Assembly: GCA_037447435.1 (NCBI GenBank)
Contig: JBBIGR010000019.1
Span: 45,469-75,295 of the forward strand
From: Fibrobacteria bacterium
GTDB taxonomy: Bacteria > Fibrobacterota > Chitinivibrionia > Chitinivibrionales > FEN-1185
Length of the DNA: 29,827 nucleotides
Direction: 5' to 3'
The notes below the pieces were generated by a model, which saw only the letters and a program-made list of their open reading frames with translations, was not told the origin of the DNA and ran no database searches. Positions within the stretch are counted from its first letter, which is position 1. Every line of letters starts with the position of its first letter. The position numbers and the translations under genes are program-made. Positions 1-9,778 of this stretch are shown here, in pieces.

Positions 1-12
1 AAAGGAACCGCT

Positions 13-1932
13 TTGAAAAAGCATGCATCTGGAAAGATTAAAGTAGTTGCGTTTTCGGCAATGATTTTGTGTTGTGCCGCGGGTTTTGCCAATGTGCTTT
101 GCGCGCAAAAAATATCCGTAAAAGCAATTAACATCATTGCGGTTCCAAACGAATGGAAACGGTTCGGGGCCTATTACCTTGCCGACGATCTGGGTATCAC
201 CGTCGATAATATTGCAGGCTCGAACGCCGCGACCACGGAATACACGGTCAATAAAAAAATCCGCATCATGTCGTCGCACGGCTCCGTTTGGAGTACGATA
301 CCGGTGTGGCGCCTTACCGATCATGTCGATGAATTTGAATGCAAGCTGTTCGATTCGCTGGGCCGTGAAGTTTCATTAAAAGTCCGTGATTTACAAAGGA
401 AATTCATGGAATCGGGAAAGGTCGTTGTGCCGAAGACCTCCGGCGGTTCAACCATAGTGTTGAAAATCGTATTCAAAGCAAACGGGGCACCGCCTATTTT
501 CGAACACTGGTTTCCGCGCGCAATTCCGGTACGGACGGGAAGGCTCATCCTCAAAGTAAATAACAACCTCACGTTCTCTTACGAAGCAAAGACACGGGGG
601 GACAGAGCGTCGATTACGGAGACGACTTCAAATAGCGATAACAATAAAATATTCGTTTGGAAAGTGTCCGACGCGATGCCCGACGACAGCATGTCGTACG
701 GCGAACGTGCGTCCGAATCCGAACCCCGCGTGAACATACGGATGTCGCCGCTCTATGGTTCGCACGGGTCCACGGTCTCGAGTTGGTCGGAATTGGCGTC
801 GACGTTAAACGAGTTGATTTTGGAGCCCGACCTTGAGAGCGACAAAGGAGAAATATCGGAAAAGGCGCGCGAAATCGTTTCCGGCAAAAAGAACGATAAG
901 GCCCGCGCGGCCGCGATCGTCGAATGGGTACAACAAAATGTGGTATGCTCGACCGACCCCACCCGGGCATCGGTCCTCGACGTGATGAACGGAAAGCGAT
1001 CCGATATGGTGCTTGTCGCGCAGTTGTGTCAGAAAATGCTGGCCGGCGTGGGAATTAAATCCGATTTGGTATTGACTCGTGCGCATTCCCGGGGCGGGTT
1101 CGACACCGATTTTATGACGTATTCGGGTTGCAGGGAAGGTATCGTTATTGTCAAGTTCGATACGACCCATTATGCTTTTTCCCCGGGATTTACGGGATAC
1201 CCTATCGGTACGTATCCGGTAGATTATTTCGATTTGTCCGGATTAAATATCAACAAGCAGCAGGTTGTCCAATTGCCGCCGTCCGGCTGGGACCGGTTCG
1301 AGGAGACCAGCCGCGCGACATTACGTCTTTCCACGGATACCGCAAAGCAAACCCTGGTACAAACCTATTATCAATTGTCTGCACCCCCTGTTCGCAGGGC
1401 TTTGCAACGTCACAGCGAGGGGCAACAGCATGAGGCCGTTGAATCCCTGCTGCATATGCAGGGGCGCTATAATAAACTCGATTCCTTTTCGATACGCGGG
1501 CTCGGTACGTATGATCCGTTCGTAACGATAACTAGCACCTTTACATTGAATACTGCTCCGGTCGAATATGCGAATTCCCAACGATACGATTTGTCGCATT
1601 TTTTATTTAGGTTTTTTGGTGATTTGGATTCTTCACGGCAGGAAGACGTCGTATTCAAGGCGGTATCTCATTTCAGCGATACGATTGAAATTGTTAAGGA
1701 TCAGAATTCGCGGTTGGAACTGGATGCCCAGCCTTGTACCATAGCCGATTCGCTTTTTACTGCGCATGTGGCGATAAATCAATCCCCGCAGGCGATTACG
1801 GTTATCAGGGATATTATGGTTAAAAAAGGCCGTTTCCCCATGGCAAAGGTTGTTTCATCTCTTGGAAAGATCGCCGAATTAACAAAGGCAAGCCGTTTTG
1901 CCGCAGTATTTTACGGAAGAAAAAGGAATTGA
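13..1932 (+). CDS. Secreted DUF3857 / transglutaminase-like domain protein, probably catalytically inactive
   Basis: 639-aa ORF with TTG start after AAAGGA and a signal-peptide-like N-terminus. The TGase-like core (KARAAAIVEWVQQNV...GVGIKSDLVL) is recognisable, but the usual GDC, NH and DP motifs are replaced by KRSDM, CREG and FSPG. Confidence 0.7.
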   Translation: MKKHASGKIKVVAFSAMILCCAAGFANVLCAQKISVKAINIIAVPNEWKRFGAYYLADDLGITVDNIAGSNAATTEYTVNKKIRIMSSHGSVWSTIPVWRLTDHVDEFECKLFDSLGREVSLKVRDLQRKFMESGKVVVPKTSGGSTIVLKIVFKANGAPPIFEHWFPRAIPVRTGRLILKVNNNLTFSYEAKTRGDRASITETTSNSDNNKIFVWKVSDAMPDDSMSYGERASESEPRVNIRMSPLYGSHGSTVSSWSELASTLNELILEPDLESDKGEISEKAREIVSGKKNDKARAAAIVEWVQQNVVCSTDPTRASVLDVMNGKRSDMVLVAQLCQKMLAGVGIKSDLVLTRAHSRGGFDTDFMTYSGCREGIVIVKFDTTHYAFSPGFTGYPIGTYPVDYFDLSGLNINKQQVVQLPPSGWDRFEETSRATLRLSTDTAKQTLVQTYYQLSAPPVRRALQRHSEGQQHEAVESLLHMQGRYNKLDSFSIRGLGTYDPFVTITSTFTLNTAPVEYANSQRYDLSHFLFRFFGDLDSSRQEDVVFKAVSHFSDTIEIVKDQNSRLELDAQPCTIADSLFTAHVAINQSPQAITVIRDIMVKKGRFPMAKVVSSLGKIAELTKASRFAAVFYGRKRN

Positions 1933-1957
1933 CTTTTTACTTCTAACTTTTAACTAC

Positions 1958-2314
1958 TTACGCATCATATTTCTGAATTCCTTTATAAGCGCCCACATTG
2001 ATCACTTTTAAAAAACCGTTTTGCCTCAGAACTTTTTCCGCAGTAGCAGCGCCGGATCCGGAATGGCAATAGAGGATAATTCCTTTTTCTTTATGAGGTT
2101 CGATTTCGGACAGGCGATCTTCGATTTCATCGCAGGGGATATTCACCGCAGTGCTGAAATGTCCGGCATCATATTCCTCGGTAGTTCGGACGTCGATTAT
2201 GAAAAGCTGTAAAGGATCAAGGCTGAAAATCCTGTCCAAACTTTTTCTTTTTGACGAATTTAAAATAATAATAAGGATAACAATTGCAACGATTAACGCG
2301 ATGGTGAGTTTCAT
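1958..2314 (-). CDS. Rhodanese-like sulfurtransferase with N-terminal membrane anchor
   Basis: IIDVRTTEEYDAGH...AVNIP and active-site loop LYCHSGSGA; hydrophobic first ~20 aa. Confidence 0.88.
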   Translation of the reverse strand: MKLTIALIVAIVILIIILNSSKRKSLDRIFSLDPLQLFIIDVRTTEEYDAGHFSTAVNIPCDEIEDRLSEIEPHKEKGIILYCHSGSGAATAEKVLRQNGFLKVINVGAYKGIQKYDA

Positions 2315-2415
2315 GAAAAGCCTTTCTTTCTATCGTTTTTTTAAATAACGATGAATCTTTAAATTATTAAAAGAAACCCTGTCTGTGGGTTTATTTTTTA
2401 CCTGCACTGTAGTAT

Positions 2416-2446
2416 CTTAAAGACGCCTTAAAGACGCCTTAAAGAC
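2416..2446 (+). repeat. 11-bp tandem repeat (CTTAAAGACGC x2 + CTTAAAGAC) upstream of tex
   Basis: Read directly: CTTAAAGACGC CTTAAAGACGC CTTAAAGAC. Confidence 0.9.
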
Positions 2447-2479
2447 CAATACGACGCAACCTTTTTTTGGAGCTTATAA

Positions 2480-4774
2480 ATGAACATCCCTCAACAGCTT
2501 ATTACCGAATTTAAATTCAAGGACTTCCAGGTCATCAATACGCTATCTCTTTTCGATGAAGGGGCCACGGTGCCGTTTATTTCCCGCTACCGGAAGGAGA
2601 TGACCGGAAGCCTCGATGAAGTGCAAATTCGCGATTTGCAGCATCGATACGAATATTACAAAGAGCTCGATGAAAGACGGGCCACCATTTTGGAGAGTAT
2701 CAAGGAACAGGGCAAACTCACGCCCGAACTTGAAGCCAAAATCCAAAACACGCTTTTAAAAACCGAACTTGAAGATTTATACTTGCCCTATAAGCCGAAG
2801 CGAACCACCCGTGCGACAAAAGCGAAAGACGCCGGGCTTGAACCGTTGTCGCAATGGCTTGTAGCCTGCGACGACAAAGCCGCAGATCCGCTGGCCCGCG
2901 CCGCATCGTTTGTCAATGTCGAAAAAGGATACGATACGCCGCAGAAGGCGTTGCAGGGCGCGCAGGACATTTTGGCCGAAGTCCTCAGCGACAACGCCGA
3001 CGTGCGCAAGCAGTTGCGCCAGGTCGCATCGGTTCAGGGCATCATCGCCAGCGTTGTCAAAAAGGAATTCAAGGAACAGAAAACGAAATTCGAAATGTAC
3101 TATGATTTCAAAGAACCGATACGGACCCTGGTTTCGCATCGCATCATGGCGATGTTTCGCGGCGAACATGAAAAAATTTTGCGTGTGTCGATGGAATTGC
3201 CGTTTGAAAACGTGGCATCGTATTTGGAATCGATGCTCATTATCCATGGGGACAGCGCGACCGCACCTTTGCTTAAAACCACGGTGCAGGATTCCTACGA
3301 ACGATTGCTGCTTCCGGCCACCGAGACCGAAATGCGGATCGAGCTGCGCGAAAAAGCCGAAGCCGAGGCGTTTACGGTTTTCGGCGAAAACCTCAAGGCG
3401 TTGCTTTTATCGCCTCCGGCCGGCCGAAAAGCGGTGCTCGGCGTTGACCCGGGTTTTCGTACCGGGTGCAAGGTCGTGGCACTCGACAATACGGGAAAAT
3501 TCCTGGAGTATCAGACGATTTTTCCGCATGAGCCGCATAAAAAGGTGTCTGAAGCAAGCCATATTATTCTCGACATGATCGCAAAACACTCGATACAGCT
3601 CATTTCGATCGGAAACGGTACCGCAAGCCGGGAAACCGACGATTTTATCCGCGACACCATTGCCGCGATTGCGGCCGAAAACCGGCCTGTTTCCGTTGTT
3701 GTCAATGAGTCCGGCGCGAGCGTGTACAGCGCGTCGGAGGTGGCGGCACAGGAATTTCCCGAACACGACGTCACGGTCCGGGGCGCAATCTCGATTGCGC
3801 GCCGCCTGCAGGACCCGCTGGCCGAACTTGTCAAAATAGACCCTAAAGCGATCGGTGTCGGCCAATATCAACACGATGTGAACCAGACCAAGCTCATGTC
3901 GAGCCTCGAAGAAGCGGTCGAAAGCTGCGTCAACAGGGTCGGGGTGGACATCAATCTTGCTTCACAGGAATTACTGAAATACGTATCGGGCCTCAACAAA
4001 TCGCTCGCCGGCCGCATCGTTGCCTACAGGAACGAGAACGGCGCTTTCGAAAGCCGCGCCGCGCTTAAAAAAGTCTCGGGCATGGGCGATAAAACATTTG
4101 TCCAGTCTGCAGGGTTTTTACGGATTGCCGGGGCAAAAAATCCGCTCGACAATTCCGCGGTGCATCCCGAACGCTACGACCTTGTCCAGGCCATGGCCGC
4201 AAAACTCGAAACCACCATCAATCAACTTATCGGCAACGCGGAACTGGTGCATTCGATAGATAAAAACAAATTCGTTTCCGATACTGTGGGACTTCCCACC
4301 ATCGAGGACATTATTTCGGAGCTCGAAAAACCCGGTCGCGACCCCCGCGCTACATTTGCTTATGCAAAGTTCTCGCAGGACGTCAGGGAAGTATCGGATG
4401 TCAAAGAAGGAATGCGCCTTGAAGGCACGGTCACCAATGTCACCAATTTCGGCGCATTTGTCGACATCGGCGTGCATCAGGATGGTTTGGTCCATATTTC
4501 GGAAATGGCCGATGTTTTCGTTTCCGATCCCAAAAAGGTCGTGCACGTGGGGCAAATCGTGAAAGTGAGGGTATTAAAAGTTGACACAGTGCTTAAAAGG
4601 ATATCCTTGTCCATGAAATCCCAGGACTTTGTCAGGCCTCCGCAGGAGCCTAAAAAAGCTGCGCCGCAAATTCCTCAAACCGCAATGGGGGCCGCGTTTG
4701 CCGCAAAGAAACAAGGCGGGCAAAAGACGCTGGTGACGGCAAAACCGAAATTCAATATCAAGCAATTCATGTGA
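2480..4774 (+). CDS. tex: Tex (YhgF) RNA-binding transcriptional accessory protein
   Basis: GATVPFISRYRKEMTG, LEDLYLPYKPKR, YqgF-like GVDPGFRTGCK, VNESGASVYSAS, IGVGQYQHDV, HhH region and C-terminal S1 domain (GTVTNVTNFGAFVDIGVHQDGLVHISE). Confidence 0.97.
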   Translation: MNIPQQLITEFKFKDFQVINTLSLFDEGATVPFISRYRKEMTGSLDEVQIRDLQHRYEYYKELDERRATILESIKEQGKLTPELEAKIQNTLLKTELEDLYLPYKPKRTTRATKAKDAGLEPLSQWLVACDDKAADPLARAASFVNVEKGYDTPQKALQGAQDILAEVLSDNADVRKQLRQVASVQGIIASVVKKEFKEQKTKFEMYYDFKEPIRTLVSHRIMAMFRGEHEKILRVSMELPFENVASYLESMLIIHGDSATAPLLKTTVQDSYERLLLPATETEMRIELREKAEAEAFTVFGENLKALLLSPPAGRKAVLGVDPGFRTGCKVVALDNTGKFLEYQTIFPHEPHKKVSEASHIILDMIAKHSIQLISIGNGTASRETDDFIRDTIAAIAAENRPVSVVVNESGASVYSASEVAAQEFPEHDVTVRGAISIARRLQDPLAELVKIDPKAIGVGQYQHDVNQTKLMSSLEEAVESCVNRVGVDINLASQELLKYVSGLNKSLAGRIVAYRNENGAFESRAALKKVSGMGDKTFVQSAGFLRIAGAKNPLDNSAVHPERYDLVQAMAAKLETTINQLIGNAELVHSIDKNKFVSDTVGLPTIEDIISELEKPGRDPRATFAYAKFSQDVREVSDVKEGMRLEGTVTNVTNFGAFVDIGVHQDGLVHISEMADVFVSDPKKVVHVGQIVKVRVLKVDTVLKRISLSMKSQDFVRPPQEPKKAAPQIPQTAMGAAFAAKKQGGQKTLVTAKPKFNIKQFM

Positions 4775-4794
4775 GATTGCCGATAAAGGAAATA

Positions 4795-4826
4795 TAGTAG
4801 AGACGTCGCGTGCAACGTCTCTACTA
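4795..4826. repeat. GTAG-type REP-like palindrome
   Basis: TAGTAGAGACGT-CGCGTGCA-ACGTCTCTACTA with a perfect 12-bp stem. GTAG...CTAC ends are typical of RAYT-associated REP elements. Confidence 0.7.
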
Positions 4827-4841
4827 CACACAATTTGTGAC

Positions 4842-4876
4842 AAAAAAAAGGGGCAGGTTAAAAACCTACCCCTTTT
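4842..4876 (-). terminator. Intrinsic terminator between convergent tex and ndk; stronger on the minus strand, probably bidirectional
   Basis: The minus strand reads AAAAGGGGTAGGTT-TTT-AACCTGCCCC-TTTTTTTT: a GC-rich stem with one U.G wobble and a U8 tail. The plus strand has a U4 tail. Confidence 0.8.
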
Positions 4877-4910
4877 GCATTGTACATTTGCAATAAACGA
4901 GCAATCTAAA

Positions 4911-5648
4911 TTATTCGATACCCTCGTTGATCATATACTTTGCCGCAACGGTTTCAAGCGAACAGGCTGCATTTTCGCCTTTTGCAATTTGCCGTAAGGC
5001 GGTAAGGTCCGATTCCCAGGCAATGTCTCCGGGAGCAAGCAGGCAGGTGCTTCCTTTTTCATGGGTCAGTAACAGTTTTCCCTCTTTATAATAGTAATGC
5101 GCGTCGCTTTCCAGAGTCGAATAACAGCGGATTGCCGGCGGCATATCGTTCGGTTTGAACCAAAGCTTGATTTCGCGTTCCGCGTCGCCCGCATTTGCCG
5201 AACCGTGTATCAGATTGTCCATACGATCGCCGATGACGTTTCCCTGTTCGTCTTTGATGGTGACAAGCGCCCCGAGCGATCGGATGCATCCGGGTTTCTT
5301 TTCGCGAGCGACGAGCGGATTGGTCGGGCCGGCAAGTTCGCGGACCTTGAGCACCGCGTCGGGGCCTTGATATACAAGAGCTATGACCCTGCGTTTTGAC
5401 GGTTCGCTGGGGTTATGGAGCTTGCCCTGAATGTATTCGAGCAAAGACGGGAAAAACGCTTTGCCGCGATGTTCGGCGTAATGCTCGCTGGCGAGCATCG
5501 TATTCACGTGCACGATTTTGGCCGCGGCAAACCGCAGATTGGTGTGGAATTCGGACAATAAAGACAGTACATACCCGGTAAGCGAGTTTTTCAATGCATC
5601 GGGTTTGATGAGGACGAGGGTCTGTTCAAGTTCCTTTGGAATAGACAT
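4911..5648 (-). CDS. ndk: Nucleoside diphosphate kinase with ~80-aa C-terminal extension
   Basis: EQTLVLIKPDA, HYAEHRGKAFF, GPTNP...PGCIR, catalytic NLIHGS, AEREIKLWF; 245 aa. Confidence 0.92.
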   Translation of the reverse strand: MSIPKELEQTLVLIKPDALKNSLTGYVLSLLSEFHTNLRFAAAKIVHVNTMLASEHYAEHRGKAFFPSLLEYIQGKLHNPSEPSKRRVIALVYQGPDAVLKVRELAGPTNPLVAREKKPGCIRSLGALVTIKDEQGNVIGDRMDNLIHGSANAGDAEREIKLWFKPNDMPPAIRCYSTLESDAHYYYKEGKLLLTHEKGSTCLLAPGDIAWESDLTALRQIAKGENAACSLETVAAKYMINEGIE

Positions 5649-5907
5649 GAAAATGGTTCCTTTCGTGTTTGTCGAGGGAATAAAAATACTGGATGACAGG
5701 GGTTTTTGTCATGAACAAAACATGAAATCAATTTAAAAAAAATCCTCATTGCACATACACTTCCAATCTCTTACAATATATATGCCTAAAACCACCCCAC
5801 TTGCTTGGCCGGTGGATTGCCGTAGTTGATGGCATTAAAATCAATATTATAGATGCTAAAAAAATGGCATGGCATTGTAATTCATCACGAGGTATTTTTT
5901 ACAACCT

Positions 5908-7011
5908 ATGAAAGCATATCAAAAAGCCGTCGACGACATCCTTCCTTCGCTTGAAAAGTTTTTCACCAGAGGCTTTGACGTCAAGGTGAGCGGAGCGGTC
6001 AAGGAAGTTCAGTCTCTTTCCAATGAAATGGTAATGGTCGTTTCCACCCATCGCAGCCAAACCGATTATTTCCTTTTCGGCTGGTCGTTGTATAAACACG
6101 GCATCAAGCATGTTCGCATCGCGGCCGGCGACAACCTTACGACTTTCCCGATTCTGGGGAAAAAATTCCGTTCTTTCGGCGCTTTCGCCATTCATCGCGA
6201 TTCGGGGTTCAAACGCAACTACGTACGGGACCTATGCAAAGCGGTTGTTGACATGATGGAAGACGGCGAACCCATATTGCTGTTTCCCGAAGGCGGCCGC
6301 AGCTATACCGGCGCCATGATGGAAATAAAAGGCGGGGTTCTGTTGGCCGCGGTTATTGCCCAGGCAAAACACCCGGATAAAAAAGTCGTGTTGGTCCCTG
6401 CGGCGGTCAGCTACGAGTATTTGCCCGAACTTCCGTATTTCGGAATGCTTGCAAAAGGCAAAGAAATGCGTAAAAAAGGGAACGGTTTTTTCAAACGCAT
6501 GCTCGGCAACCTTTTTTATTTCGGGGCCGATCTGATTGCATTCGCAAAGCTCATGGTCAAAGTGAAAATCGGCTGCAAACAAGGCGAAGTATTTATCGAT
6601 TTGGGGCAACCCGTCTGTGTGAACGACATCGTGGATATAAAGTCGAATTTCAACGAAAACGCACGGGACGAATTTTCCGGACATCAGGCCTCCATGCGCA
6701 TCATCAGCGACCATATTTTTAAAATATTCGTGGGCCTGTACCGGCTTTTGCCCGAGCACCTTTTGGCTGCGGCGCTCGTCGGCAAGCCGCGCGCAACAAA
6801 GGAAGAATGCATAGAGGAAATAGAACGCCTCCGCGACCGGTGCCAACGGGAAAACAGGAATTGCCGGAGCATCGATATGTTGACATCCGATCAAATATGC
6901 GCCGTGGGGCTCAAACAATTGCAACGCGTCAAGGCCGTGTCGATCATCGGGCAATCGCTTTGTGTTACCGACACGCTCATTGTTTCCTATTACGCGTCAT
7001 CCCTTTCGTAG
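5908..7011 (+). CDS. Glycerol-3-phosphate / 1-acylglycerol-3-phosphate acyltransferase family protein (PlsB/PlsC-like)
   Basis: HX4D motif THRSQTDY, IAAGDNL, GAFAIHR, FPEGGRS, VSYE. Confidence 0.88.
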   Translation: MKAYQKAVDDILPSLEKFFTRGFDVKVSGAVKEVQSLSNEMVMVVSTHRSQTDYFLFGWSLYKHGIKHVRIAAGDNLTTFPILGKKFRSFGAFAIHRDSGFKRNYVRDLCKAVVDMMEDGEPILLFPEGGRSYTGAMMEIKGGVLLAAVIAQAKHPDKKVVLVPAAVSYEYLPELPYFGMLAKGKEMRKKGNGFFKRMLGNLFYFGADLIAFAKLMVKVKIGCKQGEVFIDLGQPVCVNDIVDIKSNFNENARDEFSGHQASMRIISDHIFKIFVGLYRLLPEHLLAAALVGKPRATKEECIEEIERLRDRCQRENRNCRSIDMLTSDQICAVGLKQLQRVKAVSIIGQSLCVTDTLIVSYYASSLS

Positions 7012-7032
7012 TTTTCCACAGGAGGCCAAAGT

Positions 7033-8409
7033 ATGCCGTTTCAAAGCTTTTTGAAAATTCCCACTGTCGTGGACCTTGTGGCAACGGAAAAGGCCGAGGC
7101 AATAACGGAACTCGTCAAAGCATTGTGCAAAGCCACCCGCTCGTCGCATAAGCAAAAGGTCTTCATCGAAGATATCATGAAGCGTGAGGAGGCGGCGAGC
7201 ACGTTCATCGGTCAAGGCATCGCCATTCCGCACCTTCGCGCGCAAATAAAAAGCGATTTCGCCATTGCGGTGGGCCGGAGCGTGACCGGCGTCAAATACG
7301 ACGCTGCCCGCGGCGCGCTGGCGCATATCATGGTGCTTGTTATTACAAACGAGAATTCGGAGGGCGACGAGCATGTACGGCTTTTGTCCGAAGTCGCCGG
7401 CTATTTCAAGTCCGAAGAGGTCCGCGACAAACTGCTCACCGATCCGTCGCCTGTTTACCTGGTGGAAGCGCCCGGGCAACAATCGGCCGACGAGAAAACG
7501 CCCAAAGCCCAGAAAAAAGGCGCGAACGCGGTTTTCAACGCGGCGTGCGATCTTGCCAAAGATATCAAGGCCTCCGCCATCATGGTGTTTGCCGATACGG
7601 TACGCGATAACGATTTCCTCGAGGCGTTTAAAAACAAAGGCAAAGTCATTGTCGTGACAAGCAATAAATCCCGTTTCGACGCCGACGACAAACGCGTTAC
7701 TGCCTGGATACAGGCGCCGTCGTTTCCCGCTTCGCGGATCGGCCAGGTGAAAATCGGCGTGCTTTTGGCGTTGTCGAGAAATTTGATTGATAATAGCGAT
7801 AAAGTCGTATGCGTGTCGGGCAATTCAAAGGCCGGTACTTTCGATACGATCGTCGCGCTCGACGTGACCAGCGAATACGAGTTCTTCTTTACAAATTCAC
7901 CGGCGCTTTTACCCGCCGACATCATGCCCGAAGTGCTGGAACGCGTGCTCGGCCTGGCCGGTGAAATCGCGGTCGAAGGCCGTGAAGGAAAACCGCTCGG
8001 TACGATTTTCGTCCTCGGCGATACCAACATGGTCAATAAGTACGTCACCCAACTCATCATCAATCCGTTCAGAGGGTACAGCGAAGCGGAACGCAACATC
8101 ATCGATCCGGCCCTGACGGAAACCATAAAAGAATTCGCAAGCATCGACGGAGCGTTTATCATAACCGGCGACGGGATAGTGCTTTCGGGGGGTTCCTATT
8201 TACGTCCGCAAGCGGAAGCCGATTTGCTGCCCAGCGGTTTCGGTTCCCGGCACGCGGCAGCGGCAGGGATCACCGTTTGCACCAAGGCGCTTGCCATTAC
8301 GGTTTCCGAATCCACCGGTATGGTCACCTTATTTAAAAACGGCACCGTTGTATTGACGATATCGAAACCCGTCGACCGCGAAAGAAGCACGATACAGAAA
8401 TACTTATAA
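7033..8409 (+). CDS. PTS EIIA domain fused to CdaZ/DacZ-type diadenylate cyclase (DisA_N/DAC domain)
   Basis: N-terminal REEAASTFIGQGIAIPH (EIIA-Fru/Ntr phospho-His motif), a central alpha/beta domain, and C-terminal DAC motifs EGREGKPLGTIFVLGD, KEFASIDGAF, GSRHAAA, VSESTG. Confidence 0.88.
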   Translation: MPFQSFLKIPTVVDLVATEKAEAITELVKALCKATRSSHKQKVFIEDIMKREEAASTFIGQGIAIPHLRAQIKSDFAIAVGRSVTGVKYDAARGALAHIMVLVITNENSEGDEHVRLLSEVAGYFKSEEVRDKLLTDPSPVYLVEAPGQQSADEKTPKAQKKGANAVFNAACDLAKDIKASAIMVFADTVRDNDFLEAFKNKGKVIVVTSNKSRFDADDKRVTAWIQAPSFPASRIGQVKIGVLLALSRNLIDNSDKVVCVSGNSKAGTFDTIVALDVTSEYEFFFTNSPALLPADIMPEVLERVLGLAGEIAVEGREGKPLGTIFVLGDTNMVNKYVTQLIINPFRGYSEAERNIIDPALTETIKEFASIDGAFIITGDGIVLSGGSYLRPQAEADLLPSGFGSRHAAAAGITVCTKALAITVSESTGMVTLFKNGTVVLTISKPVDRERSTIQKYL

Positions 8410-8431
8410 CCAACATAAGCAAGGAGCGACA

Positions 8432-9778
8432 ATGTCCCTAAAAATCAAGTACGATGACAAATGTCTGGCCGATTGGATAACCGACGGCGAACGCGCAGCA
8501 TATCTCCCTTCATTTTTAGCAGCCCAGGAAATGCTGGAGAAAAAAAACGGGCCCGGCGGCGATTTCCTCGGATGGCTCGATTTGCCGAAGACCATCGATC
8601 CTGCGCTTGTCAATCGGGTCGTGGAAACCGCAAACGCGATACGCAGTAAAGCGGACGTCCTCATTTGCATCGGCATCGGCGGATCTTATCTGGGCGCAAA
8701 AGCGGCGATAGAATTCGCTTCCCCGTCCTTCGAAGACCTGCGCAAACCGCGCGTCATTTTCGCCGGCCACAACATCAGTTCCGATTATATTTCCGATTTG
8801 CTCGCCCTGGTCAAAGACAAAAGCGTCGCGGTCAATGTGATTTCCAAAAGCGGCACCACGACCGAGCCCGGCGTCACGTTCCGTATTATCAAGCAATGGA
8901 TGGAAGAACGGTACGGCAAAAAAGAAGCGAGCCAAAGAATCGTCGCGACGACCGATCCTAAAAAAGGCGCGCTTCGCAAGCTTGCGACGGAAGAAGGATA
9001 CGCAACGTTCGACATTCCCGCGGATGTGGGCGGACGCTTCAGCGTGCTCACTCCAGTCGGATTGTTCCCGTGCGCCGTTGCCGGACTCGATATTAAAAAA
9101 ATGCTTTCCGGCGCTTGCGAAGCCATGGAAATATGCAGCACCAAAACACTCGAACAAAACATTGCCGCACGATACGCGGTCAATCGCAACATCCTGCTTC
9201 GCCGCGGCAAATCCATAGAAGTCATGGCGCTTTTTGCACCGCAATTGCATTATGTCGGCGATTGGTTCAAACAGCTCGCCGGAGAAAGCGAAGGAAAAAA
9301 CCAGACCGGTATTTATCCTTCTTCGGTCGATTATACCACCGATCTTCACTCCCTCGGTCAATGGATGCAGGAAGGCATGCGCAACGTGTTCGAAACATTC
9401 GTGGTGCTCGGCAAAACCAAAACCACGGTATTGTTGCCCAAGCTTGCCGACGACAGCGACGAACTCAATTATCTTGCCTCGAAAAGTTTTGAAGATGTCA
9501 ATAACGAAGCGTATCGCGGCACCCTGCTTGCCCACATGGACGGCGGCGTTCCGTGCGCGACCGTTACCCTTGCCGACCGCAGCGAAGAGACCCTGGGCCA
9601 GGCGTTTTATTTCCTTGAAAAGGCCATCGGTTTGTCGGGTTACCTCTTGCGCGTCAATCCGTTCGACCAGCCGGGCGTCGAGGCGTATAAAACCAATATG
9701 TTCTCGCTTTTGTCCAAACCGAAATTCGAGGCCCAATCCCAGGCGCTTGCGTCGCGCATCAAGAAATTGGGGTTATGA
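8432..9778 (+). CDS. pgi: Glucose-6-phosphate isomerase
   Basis: [79 protein letters not shown]. Confidence 0.97.
   Translation: MSLKIKYDDKCLADWITDGERAAYLPSFLAAQEMLEKKNGPGGDFLGWLDLPKTIDPALVNRVVETANAIRSKADVLICIGIGGSYLGAKAAIEFASPSFEDLRKPRVIFAGHNISSDYISDLLALVKDKSVAVNVISKSGTTTEPGVTFRIIKQWMEERYGKKEASQRIVATTDPKKGALRKLATEEGYATFDIPADVGGRFSVLTPVGLFPCAVAGLDIKKMLSGACEAMEICSTKTLEQNIAARYAVNRNILLRRGKSIEVMALFAPQLHYVGDWFKQLAGESEGKNQTGIYPSSVDYTTDLHSLGQWMQEGMRNVFETFVVLGKTKTTVLLPKLADDSDELNYLASKSFEDVNNEAYRGTLLAHMDGGVPCATVTLADRSEETLGQAFYFLEKAIGLSGYLLRVNPFDQPGVEAYKTNMFSLLSKPKFEAQSQALASRIKKLGL

Noticed and set aside
2374..2399. Terminator-like AAACCC-N7-GGGTTT followed by a T-run
   Set aside because: The stem is weak and AT-rich, and it lies in a divergent promoter region with no gene ending there.
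8516..9736. 406-aa antisense ORF
   Set aside because: It is the shadow of pgi on the opposite strand and has no recognisable motifs.
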